Positions 34,251 through 47,599 of a DNA stretch of 64,000 nucleotides are shown here, piece after piece. Made by a program: the position numbers and the translations under genes. Source of the stretch: Macrostomum lignano (Eukaryota); assembly GCA_002269645.1 (NCBI GenBank), contig NIVC01003998.1, positions 1,849 through 65,848 on the forward strand. Direction: 5' to 3'. Numbering within the stretch: position 1 is the stretch's first letter; the number at the start of each line of letters is the position of its first letter. The notes under the pieces are model-generated. The model ran no database searches, was not told where the DNA came from, and saw only the letters and a program-made list of their open reading frames with translations.

Positions 34251-36224
34251 CTAGCTCGAAATTTGATTTCATCTATAGAATCCTTCACGAGCTAAAAAGT
34301 TCACCATTTTTTGCGTAATTTCAACTTAATGAGAGTTCTAACTTGTGAGCTCTGAACTTCCAAATTTCGAGCTTGCAAAAATGTCTCACCAAAGCATTAT
34401 CTCCCCAGTAGTCTTTCCTCTTCCAGTCTCCCCTTAATTTTTAGTCCTCGAACTCGAATTCTCATTGATGGTTTGGAAATAACGATAAAAGAGTGCCCTC
34501 TCTTGCCTTAACCCCTAAAGCTGAGGCGTTATAGCTAGTGTGCGAGAGTCCAAATGGCTATATGGGAGAGAAACGGATTTCTGATTCCGATGATGGAATT
34601 TGCATTCGGCCAGTGTCGACCTCCCCAACCCCCTGCTGTGCCCGCAACCCCCAAAGAGTCCTCCGAGCCCTCGCAATCCCTGCCTGATGCAGTTTGTAGT
34701 CCTCTGCCCTGCTCTTTTCTCTATACGTCTCTCTCGTCTCCGCCTCCGCCCCTTCGTTCTTTATACTTCTTGGTCGCACTGAGTGAAGTGTGGAAAGGGA
34801 GAAAGCAAAGCCAGGGCGAGGGAGGTGGCGAGAGCCTGTCCAGAAAGCGGATGGGCCAGCGACTCCTTAATGTTATTTCGCGAATTTGAGCCGGTGTCGT
34901 GGGTCCTCAGCCCAGTCTGTGTGGAAGGAGACTCAAAGCAGGGAGGTTGGTCGGATGAGTCTAAGGGCTGCATTGTGGGGTGCAGAACCGATTTAGACTG
35001 GCAAATGTAGGTGTGGTTCGTTGAATCTGAGTGCTCAGTGTGCAGTCCATGAGCAGTGTGCTTGTGTGTGTGTGTGCGAGTGCATTTGGTCAAGTTGCGC
35101 CCACAGAAAAATTGGAGAAAGAGCACTGGGATCCAAACTCACCCCCCCCCCCCTGACCCGGCTCACATTTCCTCAGCCTCTTTTTAGCTAGCCGCTTTCT
35201 CATCCTGAGCTCCCATCTCCAGCGCAGCCTCAGAATATCCACGGCGCCCCTGTGCTCACTGTGCGGCTTGATTTATGCTTCCATCAGTTTCAGGCTGGTC
35301 GGCTCATTTTTTACAGCTTTCCTTTATTGGGCCACCTTTCCGCTTTCGCTCATTTCGTCTCTTGCTCTCATGCTCTACTCACTCTCTACCCTCGGGAGTT
35401 TCTTTTCTCCGCCGCTGTGTTTAACCTATCTGGCCTCTCAGCTAAAGTGTCTTACAGAGCAGTCCATAGAAAAGAGAAGAGGCACTCTCCGTTTTTCAAG
35501 TGTGATAAAATAATTTTTTTAATTGAAAGCAAGGCCGGATGACATTTATACAACGGTTGAGGTATGAGTATGTCCTTTTGTTGGCTGTGCGTGTCGTATT
35601 TTTTGTTTATGATGGCGCTTCTAAAGAAAATTCGATCTCCCTCCTCTCGACTTTGTCCGTATGTGTTTTGGAAGCCAACAGAGGAATCGATAAATATACT
35701 AGGGTTGGATGGAAATATTAACTTACTAGGATTCATAATCAGTTGGTGCATCCATGCGGAAGCAGAAGCCAGCAAAATTTATTCTGAGCAGAGTAAAAGA
35801 ATTTTTTTTGCAAAAAATGGAAACTCTTGCAGAATACGAGGTCGTATTTGCAGTAAACTTACATTGGCTGCTATTTTTAAACCACAAAATACATTATAGA
35901 TTCCCTGTTCTCGATGAAGACGCGAGGGCAGAAACTATACTAGCGATGCAATGGAGCAATCTGTTACGCCTTAGTAACGGCTTTAGTAGCGAAACCTAAT
36001 CGAATGTTACTTTTTTACCACTGGGATCGCAATGCTTGGGTTGGGATCCTGCTTCTCCTCTGGGACTGCCGTGCAAAGTAAAATTTCCCTATGGATTCGT
36101 GTATTTTTTCAATTTCCGTAGCTAAAATTTCGACAATTCGCGTGACACTCTTCGGTTAAATTAAATATGACCCCGATTCGAGGCTGCTTATTGACCTCAT
36201 GCGTTGCTTACTCCCGTTTTAGTG

Positions 36225-36452
36225 CAAGATTTCGATGCTGGGTATGAAGCTGTGAGGTTCCTGACGCCAGATTCGATGCTGGATATGAAGCTGTGGGGCT
36301 CCTGACTCCCAGATTCGATGCTGGATATGAAGCTGTGGGGCTCCTGACCTCCAGATTCGATGCTGGATATGAAGCTGTGGGGCTCCTGACTCCCAGATTC
36401 GATGCTGGATATGAAGCTGTGGGGCTCCTGACCTCCAGATTCGATGCTGGAT
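36225..36452. repeat. 42-bp minisatellite, about 5.5 copies
   Basis: CCAGATTCGATGCTGGATATGAAGCTGTGGGGCTCCTGAC.. with period 36267 to 36309. Confidence 0.9.
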
Positions 36453-38959
36453 ATTGATTTGCATGGATCAAGCTTAGGCATATCTTTATTTCTAAGCAAT
36501 TTTTTCGGGGTTCAATGAGAGCAGGTCCAGTGATAGCGCGGTTTCGGGGGAATGATTGCTTCTCTTGCTACTCAGTATTGCTACCTACACGCCTGGCTGT
36601 GCGTGACAGCTGGCAGGCTCGAGCTGGCCCTGCGATTATCCCATCGAATTTCCATCCGTGTGCCTGCTAGACATGCGGTATATGTAGCCCGGTTCTTCGC
36701 CGGCCTCCTCGCATCGCCATTTCCTCCATCTCCGGCTCTCCGGTCGTTTCGCTTGGCTGCTTCTCCCAGCTTCTCTCACTTGGACCATTCCATCTTCTTT
36801 CATCAAAGCTCCAGCTGCCCTTTCTCAGGCTCGCTGCGCTTGTGTGAACTGAGACGCTGCTTGCCAGATTTTTCATGTCATGCGAGCCTGTGTATTGCGG
36901 GCGCTATAGTGCTCATCGTTATCAGCATTTCCCGATTTCCTCTTTCCTACTGAATCGGCCGGATTATCTCGCTGGGGCTCTGTTTCCCCCCCAGCTTCCT
37001 ATGCTCTGTCCCCCCTCTCTCTCCTTTTGTCTGGCACTTAATGATTGTTTGTCCAACGAGGCAGCGCAGTGCATATATGAAAATTCCATTCTTCTGTATG
37101 CAAGCACCGCGCTCCCTATCATTTCTGCAACTGCCTGTCTGTCTGCCAGTCTCTATGCATCCTTATTTATCCTCCATATTTCCATCCAGCTCTGCGCCAA
37201 ATTTTATTCCTCTCAACAGTACTTTTGCGCCCGCTAACCCCCCCCCCCGTATACCGCTTCCTCTTATCCCTCTTATGCTGGTTCGCTCTCCCCTTGTCCC
37301 CACTGTCTTGCCGCGGCTCCCCACCGGGCGGCATCCCGCATTCTCTGTGCTGCTATTATTTGGCTTCCCGCTGCTAAGCCAAGGCTCTCTAGCTTCTTAT
37401 CTGTGCATTCATTTGTTGGTTGTATTGCTGCAGGTAGTTAGAAAGAGGCTAGTGGTGGGAGTTAATCCAAGCAGATATCCATGCTGTTTATATTAGACCT
37501 TTTGTCTCAGTGCACTCTGCCAACAGATGCAGCGGGGAGACAATCAATCGTACAAACGAACGCTATTTTACTCTGTATGGGTGCCAGTCTAAAGTTATAA
37601 TGTCCTACATTCGAATAGAATCTCCCCTTTTACCTCGCTTAAATGCTCTTATTCCCAGCGGAAATCTAACACAGCCAATTATTTCCAGTCATCCAATTTC
37701 GGCTTCTTCGTATTGGGATTCACACTTAAAAAAGGGGGCCAACTTTTGCGTCTTTCATCTCTCTCCAGCCGGGTCAATTGCCCCCCCCCCCTCGTCCTCT
37801 TTGCTCCTGAGTTATAAATAGACATCCCATTTCCCAGTTGAATTCAGCAGCTATTGGGGCATGCAGCGTGCGCTGTATGTGTCAGTTGTGCCGGGACCTC
37901 CAGTACAGGGATGGGAGCCATGGGGGTGACTGGGATAAGGATTCGCACACACAGTGAGCCAGCCAGACAGGGGGAGGGTAGACAGAGAGAAGTGCACTAA
38001 TGTGCAGAGAGGTGCACTCAGTTTCTCCTGTCGCAGCTCTCTCCGATCCCCTCTATAGCTGGGCTTCCATCGAGTGCGGCTATCTACACGTCAGCCGCCA
38101 CCGAAGAGTCATTCAATGCATGCCAGCCAGCCCTAAATATATCTTTAAGTATAGGGTTAGGCGGGTCCAAGGACGCGAACCAGTTGGGCCTGGCTGCAAG
38201 TTTCCAGGCAATAAGTAAGAGGAGTCGTGGATTTCTGAGAACCATCGGGCTGCATTAATCAAGATCGGGGAGGGGAGGGGGAACCCCACCCACCTCCCTC
38301 CCGTCCCTACTCTCTCTCCCTCCTTCAAGTCTTCCCAAAGTACTTCTTCGACAGTCCCATTGCCGTTGCCACCCGAAAACCTACGATTTCTTCGGCTTGG
38401 GTCGCCCCTCGACTCGACCCCGCCCCCTCCTCCAAGCTCAAGAGTTGGATGTGTTGGCTGGGATCGGACGGGGCGGGGCACTTGCTGGACAATTATCGAG
38501 CTGGGTCTGGTGCTTCTAGCTTTGCCTGCCTATCTGCTGCTTTTTCTTTGGCGATATCCGTGGAGACTTGGATTTATTGGATTTTTGCGCTTTTCCTGTT
38601 CTCTCTTTCCTCTCCCCTCCTGTTCCGTTGCCATCTCGCCCTTTTCCTCTCTGTCTATCTTTTGGGGACTCGTCTTCCTTTTTTCTTCCTTTTTTCCAAT
38701 ATCCCCAGAGAGATTCAAGCCAATTGAGCTACGGTGTCAGACCCTTAGCGTTTCTTGGTTGCTTGGTTGTCCCTTTAGAACGGGTTGACCCCGTTACGGA
38801 TTAAGGCTGGAGTCTGGTTATTAAGCTATAATTTAGATACCATGCTAGTATAACCTGCACATCAATGTGTCGGCGTGTGATAGTGATAGCTTTGTTTTAA
38901 TCTTCATATAATTTACAATACGAGCGTAAATTGGGTCTGTCTCTGTTTGGCTTGGTTGG

Positions 38960-39180
38960 ACTCTATTTTATAACGTGTCTGTCTCGGATTGGCTAGATTA
39001 GCTAGACTATTTCATGACATGTCTGTATCTGATTGGCTAGGTTAGCTAGACTTTTTCATGACGTGTCTGTATCTGATTGGCTAGGTTAGCTAGACTATTT
39101 CATGACGTGTCTGTCGTGGATTGGATAGATTGTCAATAGGCTAGACTCTATTTCATGACGTGTCTGTCTCCGATTGGCTG
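38960..39180. promoter_or_regulatory. 44-bp tandem repeat with TGACGT and ATTGG motifs in the putative DOHH promoter
   Basis: ATTGG at 38988, 39032, 39076, 39120, 39173; TGACGT at 39059, 39103, 39156. Confidence 0.55.
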
Positions 39181-39329
39181 AATTGGCAAGTAACCAATTA
39201 ATGCTGGCTTTCTAAAGCGTCGGAATCTCGTTTGAAATTCAAAATGTCAGATAGAAAATCAGGATGCCAGCTGGTACACGCTTGAAGTGTTAAAAGCTTG
39301 TCACATACTTCTTGCAGCTTAGCGACGTC

Positions 39330-41345
39330 ATGAGCGCAGCAGCTGCAGACATCAAGCCAGTGGATGAGGCCACTCTGCGCAGCTGGGGCGAGCAGCTGGC
39401 TGGCGAGCGGACTCCCCTAGTAGAAAAGTACCGCTGCCTGTTCGGCTTGCGCCACGCCAGAGAGCCGGCCGCCGTCGACTTGATTGGCGCCGCCCTGTTC
39501 ACCGACAAGTCCGCACTGTTGAAGCACGAGATGGCCTACGTACTCGGCCAGAAAGGCGACCCGGCCTCTGCAGCAATCCTGCGCCGCGTGCTGGCCGACC
39601 CCGCTCAGCCAGTCATTGTCCGGCACGAGGCCGCCGAGGCGCTCGGCGCAATCGGCACCGAGGAGGCGCTGGCCGCGGTGGCCAAGCTGACCGACTCCCC
39701 AGAGCAGGAGCTGGCCGAGACCTGCCAACTGGCTGTCCGGCGGATTGCCTGGCTAAAAACCGCCCGACCCGAGGAGGTGTCGGCCGCCGTGGCCGCCTGC
39801 GCTTCTGTTGATCCCACGCCGCCTGCCTCAGCCTCAGAGTCTGTGGCCGCCATGGCCCAGAGGCTGGTGAGTGACAATTCTCGCGCTCTGGGCTTTGTAG
39901 GCGCCGGATTCTGACCTCTGGCTGGGGGAGTATTCCCCGCTCATCTACACCTGATCCATCCCACACCTGATTCATGCCACACCTGATTCATGCCACACCT
40001 GATTCATGCCACACCTGGTCCATTCCCACACCTGATCCATGCCACACCTGATTCATGCCACACCTGATTCATGCCACACCTGATTCATGCCACACCTGGT
40101 CCATCCCACACCTGATCCATGCCACACCTGATTCATGCCACACCTGATTCATGCCACACCTGATTCATGCCACACCTGGTCCATCCCACACCTGATCCAT
40201 CCCACACCTGATCCATCCCACACCTGATTCATGCCACACCTGATTCATGCCACACCTGGTCCATTCCCACACCTGATCCATCCCACACCTGATTCATGCC
40301 ACACCTGGTCCATTCCCACACCTGATTCATGCCACACCTTATTTATGCCACACCTGGTTCATGCCACACCTGGTCCATTCCCACACCTGATCCATCCCAC
40401 ACCTGATCCATCCCACACCTGATCCATCCCACACCTGATTCATGCCACACCTGGTTCATGCCACACCTGGTCCATTCCCACACCTGATCCATCCCACACC
40501 TGATTCATGCCACACCTGATTCATGCCACACCTGGTCCATTCCCACACCTGATCCATCCCACACCTGATTCATGCCACACCTTATTTATGCCACACCTGG
40601 TTCATGCCACACCTGGTCCATTCCCACACCTGATCCATCCCACACCTGATCCATCCCACACCTGATTCATGCCACACCTGATTCATGCCACACCTGGTCC
40701 ATTCCCACACCTGATCCATCCCACACCTGATTCATGCCACACCTTATTTATGCCACACCTGATTCATGCCACACCTGATTCATTCCACACCTGGTCCATG
40801 CCACACCTGATCCATCCCACAGCCAACTCATCCCAAGCCTGATCCCTTAACACTTTAGCCATCCACAACCCTACACCAGATCCATCTTATATCAGTTCCA
40901 TCCCACTCCGCCGCTGCAGTCGGACCCATCCGCGCCCCTGTACGATCGCTACTGTGCGATGTTCGGCCTGCGCAACGTTGCTCTCGCTGGGCCGCCAGAC
41001 GGCCAGTCAGCCGAAGAGGCGGTGGCCGGCCTTAGCGCCGCCCTGACCTGCCCGGAGAGCGCTCTGCTACGACACGAGGTCGCCTTCGTACTGGGCCAGC
41101 TTGGCCATCCCAGCTCTATGGAGGCCCTGATTGGCCGCCTCACTGACCAATCAGAGCACGGCATGGTACGTCACGAGGCAGCTGAAGCTCTCGGCGCCAT
41201 TGGCACGCCGCGCTGCGTCGAACTGCTCCGGCAATACCTGACTGACCCGGAGATTCTGGTTCGCGAGAGCTGCGTTGTAGCACTAGACATTGCCGACTAC
41301 ATGACAGGATCGGACTTCCAGTACGCCAAGGTGCCGTCAGCCTAA
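39330..41345 (+). CDS. DOHH: Deoxyhypusine hydroxylase (HEAT-like repeats, four His-Glu iron-binding motifs), about 320 aa
   Basis: Exon 1 39330-39866 (CTG|GTGAGT, phase 0); exon 2 40920-41345 (CTGCAG|TCG). Motifs LLKHEMAYVLGQ, VRHEAAEALGAIG, LLRHEVAFVLGQ, VRHEAAEALGAIG; RYCAMFGLRN across the junction. Confidence 0.95.
39950..40822. repeat. 16-bp minisatellite filling the DOHH intron
   Basis: CCACACCTGATTCATG / CCACACCTGATCCATC units. Confidence 0.95.
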
Positions 41346-41565
41346 AATGTTTTAAATCTCTCACTATCTGCGGCAAATCATGCTATGTACGCTGCCATCC
41401 TTTCAACTTTGTGCGAAACTAAAAATAATAAAACGGATTGGATTAAGTTTGCGTCTGCGCCTTCTTTGTAATGCATTTTATATTATTGATTGGATTATAC
41501 TTGCAAACTGATCGTGGCTTTTGTCTGATTTTATTTTCAAATCAATAGCGATAAGGTAAAGCTGA

Positions 41566-42390
41566 GAATAATCGATAAACCGCACCCACCCCAACACAGC
41601 AGCGGTTCAGTGACACAGCAGGGTAGGAAGGAGGCCTAGGAGTGGGGTGGGGCTGAGGGCCGGCCAGATAATCGATAAACCGCACCCACCCCAACACAGC
41701 AGCGGTTCAGTGACACAGCAGGGTAGGAAGGAGGCCTAGGAGTGGGGTGGGGCTGAGGGCCGGCCAGATAATCGATAAACCGCACCCACCCCAACACAGC
41801 AGGGTAGGAAGGAGGCCTAGGAGTGGGGTGGGGCTGAGGGCCGGCCAGATAATCGATAAACCGCACCCACCCCAACACAGCAGGGCAGGAAGAAGGCCTA
41901 GGAGTGGGGTGGGGCTGAGGGCCGGCCAGATAATCGATAAACCGCACCCACCCCAACACAGCAGGGCAGGAAGGAGGCCTAGGAGTGGGGTGGGGCTGAG
42001 GGCCAGCCAGATAATCGATAAACCGCACCCACCCCAACACAGCAGGGCAAGGAAGAAGGCCTAGGAGTGGGGTGGGGCTGAGGGCCGGCCAGATAATCGA
42101 TAAACCGCACCCCAACACAGCAGGGCAGGAAGAAGGCCTAGGAGTGGGGTGGGGCTGAGGGCCGGCCAGATAATCGATAAACCGCACCCACCCCAACACA
42201 GCAGGGCAGGAAGAAGGCCTAGGAGTGGGGTGGGGCTGAGGGCCGGCCAGATAATCGATAAACCGCACCCACCCCAACACAGCAGGGCAGGAAGAAGGCC
42301 TAGGAGTGGGGTGGGGCTGAGGGCCGGCCAGATAATCGATAAACCGCACCCACCCCAACACAGTAGCGGTTCAGCGACAGCAGGGTAGGA
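41566..42390. repeat. 81-bp (some 99-bp) VNTR downstream of DOHH
   Basis: GATAATCGATAAACCGCACCCACCCCAACACAGC... recurs at 41767, 41848, 41929. Confidence 0.93.
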
Positions 42391-42582
42391 AGTAGGGGTG
42401 GGCTTAACCGCCAAACGGCACGGTACCAAAGCCGCACCAACAGCATTTAGTTAATTGCAGGATCAATGTAAGAAAAAATTGAACTGAGCTGATCGCTTTT
42501 CTTATTAAAAATAGGAATACCAAGCCATTATTCCGCCCGTCGAACTACCAAGGGCGGAGGGGGAATCCCCCCCCCCCCTAAC

Positions 42583-43810
42583 AATTTTTTGCTGCGGCGA
42601 AACGGAGCAAAACAGGCACACAAAATTCAAGAACACTGGCTAACTTTTTTGTTGCGCGCCTTCTCAAACAAGAATCAGGTTGCCAGCCCTCCGGACCGTC
42701 GAGATATTCGACGATTCTGCCAGAAGGTCGGATTTTCCCATAAGCGCCCGTGTATTCAGTACATCCCTGTGCGCCAACCAGCACTGCACCTCAGTGCAGC
42801 CTTGCCAAACTTCCAAATTTAATTAGAACGTCGACCACATGCGCGTTCGCATCAGCTGACTTCGTTGGTCACTGGCTTTTACCCAGGCGGAGCTTCTGGA
42901 CCTTCAACAGGTGGTGGTGCCAGGTGACTATGGCACACTGTTGCAAATTTCTCTAGCAACTACGTCAGATTTATGTTATCAAGCTTCTATTATTGGGCAA
43001 ACCTGAACTGCTAGGTATCCTTAACTATCTGGAACTAGTTTCTCAAGCATTCGCTCGTCATTCAGCCGTCGTCGACACCTTTAACAGACGAAACCATAAC
43101 TACGGACACCCAAGAGATGATATTTGTAACTTATAGTCATTTTAGTAACTTTTTATTACTTGTTCTTCAGTCCCACACTGTGAATTCGAGTTTTTTCTCT
43201 TCGCGAAAACTCCGTTTAATTAACTAATTACCTCATCAAGAACGTCATCATTTAAAGCTTGCCCATTATTGGTGCTTGGTCAGCGACATAGAAATTCTCA
43301 ACACCGTGTCCATAGTCGCCTGGCGTCTTCACTTGAAGGTGCCGGCGGCATGGGGGTGATGATTGAATGCGGGAGAGACTAGCTGAGGATGTCCAGCAGT
43401 TGTGATTTGCCCACTGTCGAGGCTTGATCAGCGAAACTCGATTTTGCAAATTTGCAACAGCGTGTCCATAGTCACCTGGTGCCACCTTTTAAAGGTCCAG
43501 AAGCTCTGTCTGGGTAAAAGCCAGTGACCAACGAAGTCAGAGCTGTTGCAGACACATGTGGTCGACGTGCTGATGTAATTTGGAGGCTTGGCAAGGCTGC
43601 ACTGAGGTGCAGTGCTGGTTGGCGCACAGGGGTTGTACTGAATACACTGGCGCTTATGGAAAAAATCCGACCGGCAGAATCTCTGAATATCTCGACGGTC
43701 CGGAGGGTTGGAAACTTGATTTAAGTTTGAGAAGGTGAGGAACAAAAAGTTATCCCGTGTTCTGGAATTTCGTGTGCCAGTGTTGCTCTTGTAAGGCGCA
43801 GCAAAAAAAT
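42583..43810. mobile_element. Foldback-like element with ~365-bp diverged inverted arms
   Basis: 42583-42950 is the reverse complement of ~43448-43810 (for example GCACTGCACCTCAGTGCAGCCTTGCCAA); a partial third inverted copy lies at ~43255-43335. Confidence 0.7.
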
Positions 43811-44604
43811 CTACTGTTCATTGAAACGCTGAATAAATCCGTTTTCTTACTGAATTACATGTAGTTTATTTATATTAATAATACTAATAGTACAAGTACA
43901 ATCAGGTTAAATGATATAAAATAAAGCAAGTTCTCTTGTTTGTATCCTTTAGATTAGTTATATAAGCACAGCATTTACAATATTTCAAGTGGAGCCCCGC
44001 AATGACACTTGATAGAATGAATTGCACTTGAAGCTTTTCATATTTATATCTCCCCTCGGCTCGCAGTCCCCGATGTTGTCAAGATAAAGAAACCATGTTG
44101 AAGCTTAAAAAGCTGAAGCTGATTGGATACACGCTTTAAAAAGGTGCTTTTATATACGAGGCGTTGAATTCGCCAGGTTTAAAAGTTAAATATTTATTAT
44201 CGGCATTAAAAAAAGTTCTAAAAAAATTTTAGTTACAGTCGGCACGGTCGCACAAGCGAAGAAAGCCGACAAAGCGAGATTGCTAAAAATATCTGACTGG
44301 CTGACTAGACAGCGTTTGAGAAATGTATATTTAGATATATAAAATGGGTAGCTTAAGGCCATGCAGATTTTTAAGTTAGAAGAACAAAACATTAGCGAAC
44401 AAAGGCTTAGAAATATAAAGGAAAATTTCAAAAATTGCATTAAAAAATTATAGAGCTAAATAGCCATGTATTGTGCGTACAAATGGGATTGCAATGGTAG
44501 TTTTACAAAAGATGACCTGATAGGAAAATACTGTTGATAACAAAAAATTTTCAACGTAACGATTTTTCAATATTTTCAATATTTCAATATTTTCAACGTA
44601 ACGA

Positions 44605-45640
44605 TTACACACTCTCTAGCGACAAACTCTTACCCAACTCTCAATGTACACACGCTCTCTCCCGCAACAAGCTCCTACCCCACTTCGATTTACACACGCT
44701 CTCTCTCTCGCGACAAGCTCCTACCCTCACCCTCAATGTACACACGCTCTCTCTCGCGACAAGCTTCTACTCCCACCCTCTATGTACACACGCTCTCTCC
44801 CGCGACAAGCTCCTACCCTCACCCTCAATGTACACGCTCTCTCCCGCGACAAGCTCCTACCCTCACCCTCAATGTACACACGCTCTCTCCCGCGACAAGC
44901 TCCTACCCTCACCCTCAATGTACACGCTCTCTCCCGCGACAAGCTCCTACCCTCACCCTCAATGTACACACGCTCTCTCCCGCGACAAGCTCCTACCCTC
45001 ACCCTCAATGTACACACGCTCTCTCTCGCGACAAGCTTCTACTCCCACCCTCTATGTACAGACGCTCTCTCCCGCGACAAGCTCCTACCCTCACCCTCAA
45101 TGTACACACGCTCTCTCTCGCGACAAGCTTCTACTCCCACCCTCTATGTACACACACTCTCTCCCGCGACAAGCTCCTACCCTCACCCTCAATGTACACG
45201 CTCTCTCCCGCGACAAGCTCCTACCCTCACCCTCAATGTACACACGCTCTCTCTCGCGACAAGCTTCTACTCCCACCCTCTATGTACACACGCTCTCTCC
45301 CGCGACAAGCTCCTACCCTCACCCTCAATGTACACACGCTCTCTCTCGCGACAAGCTTCTACTCCCACCCTCTATGTACACACGCTCTCTCCCGCGACAA
45401 GCTCCTACCCTCACCCTCAATGTACACACGCTCTCTCCCGCGACAAGCTCCTACCCTCACCCTTAATGTACACACGCTCTCTCTCGCGACAAGCTTCTAC
45501 TCCTGCACCCTCTATGTACACACGCTCTCTCCCGCGACAAGCTCCTACCCTCACCCTCAATGTACACGCTCTCTCCCGCGACAAGCTCCTACCCTCACCC
45601 TCAATGTACACGCTCTCTCCCGCGACAAACTCTTACCCAA
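44605..45640. repeat. 44/46-bp minisatellite
   Basis: TACACACGCTCTCTCCCGCGACAAGCTCCTACCCTCACCCTCAATG units; explains the overlapping repetitive ORFs. Confidence 0.95.
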
Positions 45641-46200
45641 GCCCTAATGTAACAATCCTCTTCCCGGCTACCAATTTTTCATTGACGCCTTAATTTACAA
45701 AGCTGGTAATAATAGCGAGAAAACCAAGAACAGTAGTTGCATTTTATATAGCTGAAACTATACATAATATCGACGGAAAAACTAAGGGGTTACAAATTTA
45801 AATAAAATAACTAGAAATTTGTATGAAAATCAAGTTATGCTAAGTATACAAACAAAGCAATTTAAGGTAATTATTAAAATTATTTTCCATTGGCTTATAA
45901 ACCATCAGCACTCTAACTTCAAAGTCTAATCAAATCCCAAGACAGAACTAGCAAAGGAAGACTCCTGAATTAATTCCAGTGCAGATGCACTTTTGGTTAG
46001 CTGGCCCCCATGAACAGCTTTAGACATAAACCGCAAAAAATAGAATTAATAATAGCAGTAAGACAAAAGGCAAACAGAAAACAAAAAATATTTTACGAGT
46101 ATATTATGAATATTTATATATACCGGATATATACGCTTTTTATTGGTAAACATTATTATAGTAAACCCGGTAGTGTCTGCTCCGCACTGCGTCTACGACT

Positions 46201-47538
46201 CTACGCAGTCGCCTCCGCTTCCGCCTCTTCAGTAGCACGAAGCGGCGCCGATTCGTCGTCTGGAGCCGAAGCGTCACCGGCGCCTTTCTGTTTGGGGACC
46301 TCCTGTTTGGGATAGGCGGTGTCCGGTAGGCTGCCCGGCTGCGGCGGTTGTAGGTTCACGCAAGGCGAAGCCGACTGAAGAAATTTGCGCACAGTTTAGA
46401 GAATTACTACTGCTGCTACTACTGTTAGTAGGGTGAGTGCAAATTTACACGCATTCACTCAACCCGATTAAGCCTATACAATATTAAATATTAACTCACG
46501 TCTCTGTCCCGATTCTTCATCAGGTGATAAGCGCACACAAGCAGCAGGATGGCAATGCCCAGCATCAGCAGGCTGAGCAGCAGGAATACGATGCCGAAAA
46601 TGCCCGGAATTCTGCAAACAGGGACATTGGGGTGTGCATGTGAATTTTAACTACCACACCTTAAACCATCTGCTAACCCGCCCGCCAGCTAACACCCTAA
46701 CCCGCCCGCCAGCTAACACCCTAACCCACCAGCCAGCTCACACCCTAACCCACCCGCCACACCCTAACCCACCCACCAGCTAACACCCTAACCCACCCAC
46801 CAGCTAACACCCTAACCCACCCGTCAGCTAACACCCTAACCTACCCGCCAGCTAACACCCTAACCCACCCGCCAGCTAACACCCTAACCCACCCGTCAGC
46901 TAACACCCTAACCTACCCGCCAGCTAACACCCTAACCCACCCGCCAGCTAACACCCTAACCCACCCGCCAGCTAACACCCTAACCCACCCGCCAGCTAAC
47001 ACCCTAACCCACCCGCCAGCTAACACCCTAACCTACCCGCCAGCTAACACCCTAACCCACCCGCCAGCTAACACCCTAACCCACCCGCCAGCTAACACCC
47101 TAACCCACCCGCCAGCTAACACCCTAACCCACCCGCCAGCTAACACCCTAACTCACCCGCCAGCTAACACCCTAACTCACCCGCCAGCCCACTCTAACCC
47201 ATCGCAGACCTTTTCCACGTATTAGACGACAGGTGGCCCTTGAAAAAGTGGACCAGCAGAGCTCCAACCAGCAGGATAACGATGCCAATTCCGGCCAAAA
47301 TAGCGCCGGCCTTACAAAATCGCTTCATTCGCACGCTGTACCGCTCCAGAGCCTGGTTCAGCAGTTGCGCACCGCCAGCCGCCGCAGCCTGCGTACCGGA
47401 TGCGCTGGCCCCGGCGCCAGCCCCAGTTTTGCCTCCACCACCCGAGCCGTCAAATCCGGCGGTGGCCATGACGGCCGCCTTGGCGTTATCGTCCAGCTTT
47501 GGCTTCGCTCCCGGGGCTGATTTCTTCTTGCCGAACAT
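46201..47538 (-). CDS. Three-exon small membrane protein with two TM helices (~204 aa), family not recognised
   Basis: Exon 1 47538-~47210 (phase-2 donor, most likely AAG|GTCTGC, uncertain); exon 2 46611-46500 (TTTGCAG| ... GAC|GTGAGT); exon 3 46374-46201 (TTCAG|). TMs AILAGIGIVILLVGALLVHFF and IPGIFGIVFLLLSLLMLGIAILLLVCAY. Confidence 0.75.
46668..47190. repeat. 24-bp minisatellite containing CCCTAA, in intron 1 of the two-TM gene
   Basis: CTAACACCCTAACCCACCCGCCAG units. Confidence 0.95.
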
Positions 47539-47599
47539 CTTCTAATGGCTACGCGACGGTGTGTGGGCTGCAAATGAGGGCAGTAGTCCGGTTCAGAGT

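Noticed and set aside
36197-36499. Minus-strand ORF with a 14-aa repeat (SFISSIESGGQEPH)
   Set aside because: Short, non-ATG start, explained by a 42-bp repeat; no domain context.
41566-42390. 81-bp repeat array as a possible CRISPR
   Set aside because: Units are contiguous near-identical repeats without unique spacers; eukaryotic context and no cas genes.
44534-45693. 300-350-aa ORFs on the plus strand
   Set aside because: Artefacts of a 44/46-bp minisatellite whose units shift frame.
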